A stretch of DNA of 64,000 nt from Ranitomeya imitator (Eukaryota). This document shows, piece after piece, positions 50,501 through 63,100 of the stretch (the first letter of the stretch is position 1; the number at the start of each line of letters is the position of its first letter). Under the pieces are notes generated by a model. That model was not told the DNA's origin. It was given only the letters and a program-made list of their open reading frames with translations, and made no database searches. The DNA is taken from assembly GCF_032444005.1 (NCBI RefSeq), contig NC_091283.1:168640001-168704000 (forward strand). Direction: 5' to 3'. Both the position numbers and the translations under genes were made by a program.

Positions 50501-51665
50501 GCCGCACTCAGTATGGTCGCACTCAGGCAATACAGCCGCACTCAGTACAGCCGCACTCAGGCAATATAGCCACACTCAGTACAGCTGCATTCAGTACAGC
50601 AGCACTCAAGCAGTACAGCCACACTCAGTATAGTTGCACTCAGTACAGCAGCACTCAAGCAGTACAGCCGCACTCAGTATAGTCGCACTCAGTACAGCCG
50701 CACTCAGTATAGCCGCACTCAGGCAGTACAGCGGCACTTTGTATAGTTGCACTCAGGCAGTACAGCTGCATTCAGTGTAGCCGCACTCAGGCAGTACAGC
50801 CGCACTCAGTATAGTCGCACTCAGGCAGTACAGCCGCACTCAGTATAGCCGCACTCAGGCAGTACAGTCGCACTCAGTATAGTCGCACTCAGTACAGCCG
50901 CACTCAGTACAGCCGCACTCAGTATAGCCACACTCAGGCATTAAGTACAGCCGCACTCCGTACAGCTGCATTCAGTATAGCCGCACTCAGGCAGTACAGC
51001 CACACTCAGTATAGTTGCACTCAGTACAGCAGCACTCAAGCAGTACAGCCGCACTCAGTATAGTCGCACTCAGTACAGCCGCACTCAGTATAGCTGCACT
51101 CAGGCAGTACAGCCACACTCAGTGTAGCCGCACTCAGGCAATACAGCCGCACTCAGTGTAGTCGCACTCAGGCAGTACAGCCGCACTCAGGCAGTACAGC
51201 CGCACTCAGTATAGCCACACTCAGGCAGTGCAGCCGCTCTCAGTATAGATGCACTCAGGCAGTTCAGCCGCACTCAGTATAGTCGCACTCAGGCAGTGCA
51301 GCCGCTCTCAGTATAGATGCACTCAGGCAGTTCAGCCGCACTCAGTATGGTCGCACTCAGGCAATTCAGCCGCACTCAGTATATTCGCATTCAGGCAATA
51401 CAGCCGCACTCAGTATAGCCGCACTCAGGCAATACAGCCGCACTCAGTACAGCTGCATTCAGTATAGCCGCACTCAGGCAATACAGCCACACTCAGTATA
51501 GCCGCACTCATGCAATACAGCCGCACTCAGTACAGCTGCATACAGTATAGCCGCACTCAGGAAGTTCAGCCGCACTCAGTATAGCCGCACTCAGGCAGTA
51601 CAGACGCACTCGGTATAGCCGCACTCAGTATAGTCGCACTCAAGCAGTATAGCCACACACAGTAT
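44571..51665. repeat. Satellite of about 7.1 kb made of 15/19-bp units (cagtatagtcgcact, cagtacagccgcact, caggcagtacagccgcact) with higher-order blocks
   Basis: Continuous units; duplicated blocks at offsets of about 718, 1221 and 834 bp from repeated ORF translations. Confidence 0.97.
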
Positions 51666-52429
51666 ATACATGCATTCACAAGTTGCATATTTGTTCCGTT
51701 TTTTACATAAGTGTTTATGAGCCTAAACTAGGGCTGGATCCATAGCACGAGGCAAATAAAATGGTAAGATTAGGATGGGTCTGCCAGCAAAGTGGCTTCA
51801 CAGCCGCCAGATACCTGCTCACTGACAACCAGACCACTGTGCTCTGCGTGTGACGGGACTCGTCTGTCACGTCATTGGCATTTTTTGTGTGGTTATCCTA
51901 CACTACAGGTGGATCGCACCGTGACAGGCGAACATGTGTAATTGGCGGAGAAAGGATGGACTTGATGGAGCTGGGTCTTTATACTGCCTGTGTAACCATG
52001 TACATATATGTGACACGGCCAAGACACTGTCACGAGACTACAGGTGCCGTCTCTCCCGGCCGGCGGCTCTGTCTCTTCTTTATATCCCTTTGGATTCTGG
52101 CTATAAAACGCTGATCAGATTTACAGTGTGTGAATGAGGCTGTACGGCGACATTGGCCGCTCTATAGCAGGGTAATGCTCGTGCATGGGGCCACAGTGAC
52201 TGTACTGCAACCACACAAGAAACTCTGCTTGTGACCTGTGCTCTGGGGTCGTAATGTGGCCATGGCCACCTTCATCACACTGCCATCTAGCAGCGGCACA
52301 CAGTCATCTATTATTGTCAAAGTCGCAGTGCAGCCCCAGGGTAATGCAGCTGAGCGGTGTGTGCACAGAAGTAAAATGTGCCACAGAGCTGTAGTGTCCA
52401 GCTACATGACCCATCACTATAGGAGAGGC

Positions 52430-55400
52430 CCCTGTGCAGAAACAATACAGGAGGCCCATGCAGGAACAATACAGGGGGCTGTGCAGGAGCAATACGGGAG
52501 CTGTGCAGGAGCAATACGGGGGCTGTGCAGGAACAATACAGCAGCCCTGTGCAGGAACAATACAGGGGCTGTGCAGGAACAATACAGGGGGCTGTGAAGG
52601 AACAACACAGGGGTCCCATGCAGGAACAATACAGAAGGCTGTGCAGGAGCAATACAGGGGGCCATGTGCAGGAGCAATACAGGGGGCTGTGCAGGAGCAA
52701 TACAGGGGGCTGTGCAGGAGCAATACAGGGGGCTGTGCAGGAACAATACAGCGGCCCTGTGCAGGAACAATACATGGGCCCTGTGCAGGAACAATTCAGG
52801 GGGCTGTGCAGGAAAAATACAGGGGGCTGTGCAGGAACAATACAGGGGGCTGTGCAGGAACAATACAGCGGCCCTGTGCAGGAACAATACATGGGCCCTG
52901 TGCAGGAACAATACAGAGGGCTGTGCAGGAACAATACAGGGGGCTGTGCAGGAACAACACAGGGGTCCCATGCAGGAACAATACAGGGGGCTGTGCAGGA
53001 GCAATACAGGGGACTATGTGTAAGAGCAATACAGGGGGCTGTGCAGGAGCAATACAGGGGGCTGTGCAGGAACAATACAGCGGCCCTGTGCAGGGACAAT
53101 ACATGGGCCCTGCGCAGGAACAATTCAGGGGGCTGTGCAGGAACAATACAGGGGGCTGTGCAGGAGCAATACAGGGGGCCCATGCAGGGACAATACAGGG
53201 GGCCTGTGCAGGAACAATACAGGGGGCTGTGCAGGAACAATACAGGGGTTCCATGCAGGAACAATACAGGGGGCTGTGCAGGAACAATACAGGGGTCCCA
53301 TTCAGGAACAACACAGGGGTCTCATGCAGTAGCAATACAGAGGGCTGTGCAGGAACAATAGAGGGGCCCTGTACAGGAATAATACAGGGGGACCATGCAG
53401 GAGCAATACAGGAGGCTGTGCAGGAACAATACAGGGGACCTGTGCAGGAACACTACAGTGGGCCCGTGCAGGAACAATACAGGGGCCCTGTGTAGGAACA
53501 ATACAGGGGGCTGTGCAGCAGCAATACAGGGGCCCTGTGCAGGATCAATACATGGGGTCCTGTGCAGCAACAATACAGGGGCCCTGTGCAAGAACAATAT
53601 AGGGGCCTGTGCAGGAACAATACAGGGGCCCTGTGCAGGAACAATACAGGGGTCCTGTGCAGGAACAATACAGGGGGCTCGTGCAGGAGCAATACAGGGG
53701 TCCTATGCAGGAACAATACAGGGGGGGCTATGCAGGAACAATTCCGGGCCCTGTGCAGGAACAATACAGGGAGCCCGTGCAGGAATAATATAGGGGGCCT
53801 GTGCAGGAACAATACAGGGGGCTTTGCAGGGGCAATACAGGGGCCCTGTGCAGGAACAACACAGGGGCTCTGTGCAGGAACAATACATGGGGGGGCCCTG
53901 TGCAGGAACAATGCAGGAGTCCCATGCAGGAACAATACAGGGGGCTGTGCAGGAACAATGCAGGGGTCCTTTGCAGGAACAATACAGGGGACCTGTGCAG
54001 GAGCAATACAGGGGGCTGTGCAGGAACAATACAGGGGGCCCATGCAGGAACAATACAGGGGGCCTGTGCAGGAACAATACAGCGGGCTCGTGCAGGAACA
54101 ATATACAGGGGGCCTGTGCAGGAACAATACAGGGGGCTCTTGCAGGAACAATATACAGGGGGCCTGTGCAGGAACAATACAGGGGGCTGGTGCAGGAACA
54201 ATATACAGGGGGCCTGTGCAGGAACAATACAGGGGGCTCGTGCAGGAACAATGTGCAGGCCAATAGCTCATCATAAATTACAATGCCACCTGTTGTGGAG
54301 GTTGTAGTGGACACTTACATACAGAGGGCTGTGCAGGAGCAATACAAGGGGCCCATGCAGGAACAATACAGGGGGCCTGTGCAGGAACAATATGGGGAAT
54401 GTGCAGGAACAATACAGGGGTCCCATGCAGGAACAATACAGGGGGCTGTGCAGGAACAATGCAGGGGTCCCATGCAGGAACAATTCCGGGCCCTGTGCAG
54501 GAACAATACAGGGGGCTGTGCAGCAGCAATACAGGGGCCCTGTGCAGGATCAATACATGGGGTCCTGTGCAGCAACAATACAGGGGCCCTGTGCAAGAAC
54601 AATATAGGGGCCTGTGCAGGAACAATACAGGGGCCCTGTGCAGGAACAATACAGGGGTCCTGTGCAGGAACAATACAGGGGGCTGTGCAGGAGCAATACA
54701 GGGGTCCTATGCAGGAACAATACAGGGGGGGCTATGCAGGAACAATTCCGGGCCCTGTGCAGGAACAATACAGGGAGCCCGTGCAGGAATAATATAGGGG
54801 GCCTGTGCAGGAACAATACAGGGGGCTTTGCAGGGGCAATACAGGGGCCCTGTGCAGGAACAACACAGGGGCTCTGTGCAGGAACAATACATGGGGGGCC
54901 CTGTGCAGGAACAATGCAGGAGTCCCATGCAGGAACAATACAGGGGGCTGTGCAGGAACAATGCAGGGGTCCTTTGCAGGAACAATACAGGGGACCTGTG
55001 CAGGAGCAATACAGGGGGCTGTGCAGGAACAATACAGGGGGCCCATGCAGGAACAATACAGGGGGCCCGTGCAGGAACAATACAGGGGGCCTGTGCAGGA
55101 ACAATAGAGCGGGCTTGTGCAGGAACAATACAGGGGGCTCTTGCAGGAACAATATACAGGGGGCCTGTGCAGGAACAATACAGGGGGCTGGTGCAGGAAC
55201 AATATACAGGGGGCCTGTGCAGGAACAATACAGGGGGCTCGTGCAGGAACAATGTGCAGGCCAATAGCTCATCATAAATTACAATGCCACCTGTTGTGGA
55301 GGTTGTAGTGGACACTTACATACAGGGGGCTGTGCAGGAGCAATACAAGGGGCCCATGCAGGAACAATACAGGGGGCCTGTGCAGGAACAATATGGGGAA

Positions 55401-58234
55401 TGTGCAGGAACAATACAGGGGTCCCATGCAGGAACAATACAGGGGGCTGTGCAGGAACAATGCAGGGGTCCCATGCAGGAACAATTCCGGGCCCTGTGCA
55501 GGAACAATACAGGGAGCCCGTGCAGGAATAATATAGGGGGCCTGTGCAGGAACAATACAGGGGGCTTTGCAGGGGCAATACAGGGGCCCTGTGCAGGAAC
55601 AACACAGGGGCTCTGTGCAGGAACAATACAGGAGTCCCATGCAGGAACAATACAGGGGGCTGTGCAGGAACAATGCAGGGGTCCTTTGCAGGAACAATAC
55701 AGGGGACCTGTGCAGGAGCAATACAGGGGGCTGTGCAGGAACAATACAGGGGGCCCATGCAGGAACAATACAGGGGGCCTGTGCAGGAACAATACAGCGG
55801 GCTCGTGCAGGAACAATATACAGGGGGCCTGTGCAGGAACAATACAGGGGGCTCTTGCAGGAACAATATACAGGGGGCCTGTGCAGGAACAATACAGGGG
55901 GCTGGTGCAGGAACAATATACAGGGGGCCTGTGCAGGAACAATACAGGGGGCTCGTGCAAGAACAATGTGCAGGCCAATAGCTCATAATAAATTACAATG
56001 CCACCTGTTGTGGAGGTTGTAGTGGACACTTACATACAGGGGGCTGTGCAGGAACAACACTAGGGTCCCGTGCAGGAACAATACAGGGGGCTGTGCAGGA
56101 GCAATACAAGGGGCCCATGCAGGAACAATACAGGGGGCCTGTGCAGGAACAATATGGGGAATGTGCAGGAACAATACAGGGGTCCCATGCAGGAAGAATA
56201 CAGGGGGCTGTGCAGGAACAATGCAGGGGTCCCATTCAGGAACAACATCGGGGTCCCATGCAGGAACAATACAGGGGGCTGTGCAGGAGCAAGACAAGGG
56301 ACTGTGCAGGAACAATATACAGGGGGCCTGTGCAGGAACAATACAGGGAGCCCGTGCAGGAATAATATAGGGGGCCTGTGCAGGAACAATACAGGGGGCT
56401 TTGCAGGGGCAATACAGGGGCCCTGTGCAGGAACAACACAGGGGCTCTGTGCAGGAACAATACATGGGGGGCCCTGTGCAGGAACAATGCAGGAGTCCCA
56501 TGCAGGAACAATACAGGGGGCTGTGCAGGAACAATGCAGGGGTCCTTTGCAGGAACAATACAGGGGACCTGTGCAGGAGCAATACAGGGGGCTGTGCAGG
56601 AACAATACAGGGGGCCCATGCAGGAACAATACAGGGGGCCTGTGCAGGAACAATAGAGCGGGCTTGTGCAGGAACAATACAGGGGGCTCTTGCAGGAACA
56701 ATATACAGGGGGCCTGTGCAGGAACAATACAGGGGGCTGGTGCAGGAACAATATACAGGGGGCCTGTGCAGGAACAATACAGGGGGCTCGTGCAGGAACA
56801 ATGTGCAGGCCAATAGCTCATCATAAATTACAATGCCACCTGTTGTGGAGGTTGTAGTGGACACTTACATACAGGGGGCTGTGCAGGAGCAATACAAGGG
56901 GCCCATGCAGGAACAATACAGGGGGCCTGTGCAGGAACAATATGGGGAATGTGCAGGAACAATACAGGGGTCCCATGCAGGAACAATACAGGGGGCTGTG
57001 CAGGAACAATGCAGGGGTCCCATGCAGGAACAATTCCGGGCCCTGTGCAGGAACAATACAGGGAGCCCGTGCAGGAATAATATAGGGGGCCTGTGCAGGA
57101 ACAATACAGGGGGCTTTGCAGGGGCAATACAGGGGCCCTGTGCAGGAACAACACAGGGGCTCTGTGCAGGAACAATACAGGAGTCCCATGCAGGAACAAT
57201 ACAGGGGGCTGTGCAGGAACAATGCAGGGGTCCTTTGCAGGAACAATACAGGGGACCTGTGCAGGAGCAATACAGGGGGCTGTGCAGGAACAATACAGGG
57301 GGCCCATGCAGGAACAATACAGGGGGCCTGTGCAGGAACAATACAGCGGGCTCGTGCAGGAACAATATACAGGGGGCCTGTGCAGGAACAATACAGGGGG
57401 CTCTTGCAGGAACAATATACAGGGGGCCTGTGCAGGAACAATACAGGGGGCTGGTGCAGGAACAATATACAGGGGGCCTGTGCAGGAACAATACAGGGGG
57501 CTCGTGCAAGAACAATGTGCAGGCCAATAGCTCATAATAAATTACAATGCCACCTGTTGTGGAGGTTGTAGTGGACACTTACATACAGGGGGCTGTGCAG
57601 GAACAACACTAGGGTCCCGTGCAGGAACAATACAGGGGGCTGTGCAGGAGCAATACAAGGGGCCCATGCAGGAACAATACAGGGGGCCTGTGCAGGAACA
57701 ATATGGGGAATGTGCAGCAACAATACAGGGGTCCCATGCAGGAAGAATACAGGGGGCTGTGCAGGAACAATGCAGGGGTCCCATTCAGGAACAACATCGG
57801 GGTCCCATGCAGGAACAATACAGGGGGCTGTGCAGGAGCAAGACAAGGGACTGTGCAGGAACAATATACAGGGGGCCTGTGCAGGAACAATACAGGGGGC
57901 TCGTGCAGGAACAATGTGCAGGCCAATAGCTCATCATAAATCACAAAGCCACCTGTTGTGGAGGTTGTAGTGGACACTTACATACAGGGGGCTGTGCAGG
58001 AACAACACAGGGGTCCCATGCAGGAACAATACAGGGGGCTGTGCAGGAGCAATACAGGGGGCTCATGCAGGAACAATACAGGGGGCCTGTGCAGGAACAA
58101 TACGGGGGATGTGCAGGAACAATACAGGGGTCCCATGCAGGAACAATACAGGGGACTGTGCAGGAACAATACAGGGGTCCCATTCAGGAACAACACAGGG
58201 GTCCCATGCAGGAACAATTCAGGGGGCTGTGCAT
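52430..58234. repeat. Satellite of about 5.8 kb made of ~24-bp units (gtgcaggaacaatacagggggct) with higher-order repeats
   Basis: A ~60-bp marker recurs six times at spacings 1001, 714, 835, 714 and 399; one 1549-bp block is duplicated. Confidence 0.97.
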
Positions 58235-59306
58235 GACCCTGGTATTGTCGAAGGAGTAGACTTTGCCGTTACGACACCCCCACCCATTTTATCCCCACCC
58301 GTGGCCCCCCAACTATCATTCTAAACCCAATAAAAACACAACCACTGTAATTCTTTTGGAATGATCTAGGCCACAGTAGCCTTTTTTATTAAAACATATA
58401 ACAATAATACATTAATAACAATAAATAAAATTTTAAAGGCTAGAAGGAGTCCTTGGAGCCCCAAGAATCTGGTGACTGACAAGCCATACCGTGAACATAC
58501 ATAACACCAACTTTACCCCCAGCCGTTCAAAACCCTGGCTCGGGAGCCCAAAAACCCAAATGAGGGTTCACTGTTCACGGTAAAAAATCCCAGGAGATCC
58601 AGCCACCCCTGCCGGAACTCCCCAACCACCATTCACCAGATTCAAATTATACCAAAACTGAAACAGAGGAGCCATATGCCAAAATGGATCCCCAAATCCA
58701 ATTTTTACCAACTCCCAGGACTCCCCCCAGCCGCCACGGCCACAATGACCCAAAAGAAACAACAACCCTCCCATTTAACGAGCAACTTAATAAAACCCTC
58801 TCCCTCCACTTTTTTTTTTTTTTTTTAAATGAAAATAACAATAGGGCGGGAGGGCGGGACTGCTCACGATCCTCCGAGAGCGGGAAGTGACTGCCCCCAC
58901 CCCAAAACTCCCATAAACCCCCGAGCTAGCTCCGCCCCCTCCTGATTCAAATTATCTACCCCTCTCCCCCCCATTGTCATGCAGGCCTTCACCTACGCTG
59001 TGGGGGGGGGGGAGGGGCACGGCTCGCTTCGGCCTTTCCTTGACCCTGGTATTGTCGAAGGAGTAGACTTTGCCGTTACGACACCCCCACCCATTTTATC
59101 CCCACCCGTGGCCCCCCAACTATCATTCTAAACCCAATAAAAACACAACCACTGTAATTCTTTTGGAATGATCTAGGCCACAGTAGCCTTTTTTTTTATT
59201 AAAACATATAACAATAATACATTAATAACAATAAATAACATTTTAAAGGCTAGAAGAAGTCCTAGGAGCCCCAAGAATCTGGTGATTGACAAGCCATACC
59301 GTGAAC
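58235..59306. repeat. Direct repeat of about 265 bp (58235-58497 and 59041-59306) around a ~540-bp spacer; possible Ngaro-type terminus
   Basis: Both copies start tgaccctggtattgtcgaaggagtagac; the second is cut by the Gypsy LTR. Confidence 0.6.
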
Positions 59307-60109
59307 TGTTATGAAAGGCAATTCAGTACTACAATGGACATAGCGGTCAGAGCACATACAGTGATCTGACAATAACCCAAAATCATAGAACGAGCTCTGA
59401 GACGTGGAAACTCTGGAGACCGCAATCCCTAATCCTCTCCAAACAACACTAGAGGCAGCCGTGGATTGCGCCTAACTCTGCCTATGCAACTCGGCACAGC
59501 CTGAGAAACTAACTAGCCTGAAGATAGAAAATAAGCCTACCTTGCCTCAGAGAAATACCCCAAAGGAAAAGGCAGCCCCCCACATATAATGACTGTGAGT
59601 TAAGATGAAAAGACAAACGTAGAGATGAAATAGATTCAGCAAAGTGAGGCCTGACTTTCTTAACAGATCGAGGATAGAAAAGGTAACTTTGCGGTCTACA
59701 CAAAACCCTAAAGAAAACCACGCAAAGGGGGCAAAAAGACCCTCCGTACCGAACTAACGGCACGGAGGTACACCATTTGCGTTCCAGAGCTTCCAGCAAC
59801 AAATTAGACAAGCTGGACAGAAAAAATAGCAAACAAATAGCAAAGAAGAACTTAGCTATGCAGAGCAGCAGGCCACAGGAATGATCCAGGGAAAAGCAAG
59901 TCCAACACTGGAACATTGACAGGAAGCCAGGATCAAAGCATTAGGTGGAGTTAAGTAGAGAAGCACCTAACGACCTCACCAGATCACCTGAGGGAGGAAA
60001 CTCAGAAGCCGCAATACCACTTCCCTCCACCAACAGAAGCTCACAGAGAGAATCAGCCGAAGTACCACTTGTGACCACAGGAGGGAGCTCTGCCACAGAA
60101 TTCACAACA
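59307..60109 (-). mobile_element. 3' LTR (803 bp) of a Ty3/Gypsy element
   Basis: TG...CA ends (minus strand TGTTGTG...CATAACA); polypurine tract at about 60110-60123. Confidence 0.88.
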
Positions 60110-63100
60110 GTACCCCCCCCTTGAGGAGGGGTCACCGAACCCTCACCAGAGCCCCCAGGCCGACCAGGATGAGCCACATGAAAGGCACGAACAAGATCGG
60201 GAGCATGGACATCAGAGGCAAAAACCCAGGAATTTTCTTCCTGAGCATAACCCTTCCATTTAACCAGATACTGGAGTCTCCGTCTAGAAACACGAGAATC
60301 CAAAATCTTCTCCACAATATACTCCAATTCCCCCTCCACCAAAACCAGGGCAGGAGGATCAACAGATGGAACCATAGGTGCCACATATCTGCGCAACAAT
60401 GACCTGTGGAATACGTTATGTATGGAAAAAGAATCTGGAAGGGTCAGACGAAAAGACACAGGATTAAGAACCTCAGAAATCCTATACGGACCAATGAAAC
60501 GAGGTTTAAACTTAGGAGAGGAAACCTTCATAGGAATATGACGAGAAGATAACCAAACCAGATCCCCAACACGAAGTCGGCGACCCACACGGCGTCTGCG
60601 ATTAGCAAAACGTTGAGCCTTCTCCTGGGACAAGGTCAAATTGTCCACTACATGAGTCCAAATCTGCTGCAACCTGTCCACCACAGTATCCACACCAGGA
60701 CAGTCCGAAGACTCAACCTGTCCTGAAGAGAAACGAGGATGGAACCCAGAATTGCAGAAAAATGGCGAAACCAAGGTAGCCGAGCTGGCCCGATTATTAA
60801 GGGCGAACTCAGCCAAAGGCAAAAAGGACACCCAGTCATCCTGATCGGCAGAAACAAAGCATCTCAGATATGTTTCCAAGGTCTGATTGGTTCGTTCGGT
60901 CTGGCCATTAGTCTGAGGATGGAAAGCCGAGGAAAAAGACAAGTCAATGCCCATCCTACCACAAAAGGCTCGCCAAAACCTCGAAACAAACTGGGAACCT
61001 CTGTCAGAAACGATATTCTCTGGAATGCCATGTAAACGAACCACATGCTGGAAGAGCAATAGCACCAAATCAGAGGAGGAAGGCAATTTAGACAAGGGTA
61101 CCAGATGGACCATCGTAGAAAAGCGATCACAGACCACCCAAATGACTGACATCTTTTGAGAAACAGGAAGATCAGAAACAAAATCCATAGAGATATGTGT
61201 CCAAGGCCTCTTCGGGACCGGCAAGGGCAAAAGCAACCCACTGGCACGAGAACAGCAGGGCTTAGCCCGAGCACAAATCCCACAGGACTGCACAAAAACA
61301 CGCACATCCCGCGACAGAGACGGCCACCAAAAGGATCTAGCCACCAACTCTCTGGTACCAAAGATTCCAGGATGACCAGCCAACACCGAACAATGAACCT
61401 CAGAGATAACTTTATTGGTCCACCTATCAGGGACAAACAGTCTCTCCGCTGGACAACGATCAGGTTTATTAGCCTGAAATTTTTGCAGCACCCGCCGCAA
61501 ATCAGGGGAGATGGCAGACACAATTACTCCTTCCTTGAGGATACCCGCCGGCTCAGACAAACCCGGAGAGTCGGGCACAAAACTCCTAGACAGAGCATCC
61601 GCCTTCACATTTTTAGAGCCCGGAAGGTACGAAATCACAAAGTCAAAACGGGCAAAAAACAGCGACCAACGAGCCTGTCTAGGATTCAACCGCTTAGCAG
61701 ACTCAAGATAAGTCAAGTTCTTATGATCAGTCAATACCACCACGCGATGCTTAGCTCCTTCAAGCCAATGACGCCACTCCTCGAATGCCCACTTCATGGC
61801 CAGCAACTCTCGATTGCCCACATCATAATTTCGCTCAGCAGGCGAAAACTTCCTGGAAAAAAAAGCGCATGGTTTCATCACTGAGCAATCAGAACCTCTC
61901 TGCGACAAAACAGCCCCTGCTCCAATCTCAGAAGCATCAACCTCGACCTGGAACGGAAGAGAAACATCTGGTTGACACAACACAGGGGCAGAAGAAAAAC
62001 GACGCTTCAAGTCTTGAAAAGCTTGCACAGCAGCAGAAGACCAATTGACCAAATCAGCACCCTTCTTGGTCAAATCGGTCAATGGTTTGGCAATACTAGA
62101 AAAATTGCAGATGAAGCGACGATAAAAATTAGCAAAGCCCAGGAACTTTTGCAGACTTTTCAGAGATGTCAGCTGAGTCCAATCATGGATGGCTTGGACC
62201 TTAACAGGATCCATCTCGATAGTAGAAGGGGAAAAGATGAACCCCAAAAATGAAACCTTCTGCACACCAAAGAGACACTTTGATCCCTTCACAAACAAAG
62301 AATTAGCACGCAGGACCTGAAAAACTGTTCTGACCTGCTTCACATGAGACTCCCAATCATCCGAGAAGATCAAAATGTCATCCAAGTACACAATCAGGAA
62401 TTTATCCAGGTACTCTCGGAAGATGTCATGCATAAAGGACTGAAACACTGATGGAGCATTGGCAAGTCCGAATGGCATCACTAGATACTCAAAATGACCC
62501 TCGGGCGTCTTAAATGCAGTTTTCCATTCATCTCCTCGCCTGATTCGCACCAGATTATACGCACCACGAAGATCTATCTTGGTGAACCAACTAGCCCCCT
62601 AAATCCGAGCAAACAAATCAGATAACAATGGCAAGGGGTACTGAAATTTAACCGTGATCTTATTTAGAAGGCGGTAATCTATACAAGGTCTCAGCGAACC
62701 ATCCTTCTTGGCTACAAAAAAGAACCCTGCTCCTAATGGTGACGATGACGGGCGAATATGACCCTTCTCCAAAGACTCCTTCACATAACTGCGCATAGCG
62801 GCGTGCTCAGGCACGGATAAATTAAACAGTCGACCTTTTGGGAATTTACTACCAGGAATCAAATTGATAGCACAATCACAATCCCTATGCGGAGGTAGGG
62901 CATTGGACTTGGGCTCATCAAATACATCCCGGTAATCAGACAAGAACTCTGGAACCTCAGAAGGGGTGGATGACGAAATTGACAGAAATGGAACATCACC
63001 ATGTACCCCCTGACAACCCCAGCTGGAGACCGACATGGATTTCCAATCTAATACTGGATTATGGGCTTGTAGCCATGGCAACCCCAACACGACCACATCA

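Noticed and set aside
51740-52420. Possible exons of another gene (ATG|gtaaga near 51763, acceptors at 51909 and 52044)
   Set aside because: Phase-compatible joins hit stops within 21 codons; no recognisable protein.
44571-58234. CRISPR-like arrays or repetitive structural proteins
   Set aside because: No unique spacers or cas genes, vertebrate context, and many frames on both strands are open at once.
58235-59040. Short matches to U2 (gaccctggtattg) and U6 (gctcgcttcggc) snRNA
   Set aside because: Only 12-13 nt; no surrounding snRNA sequence or PSE.
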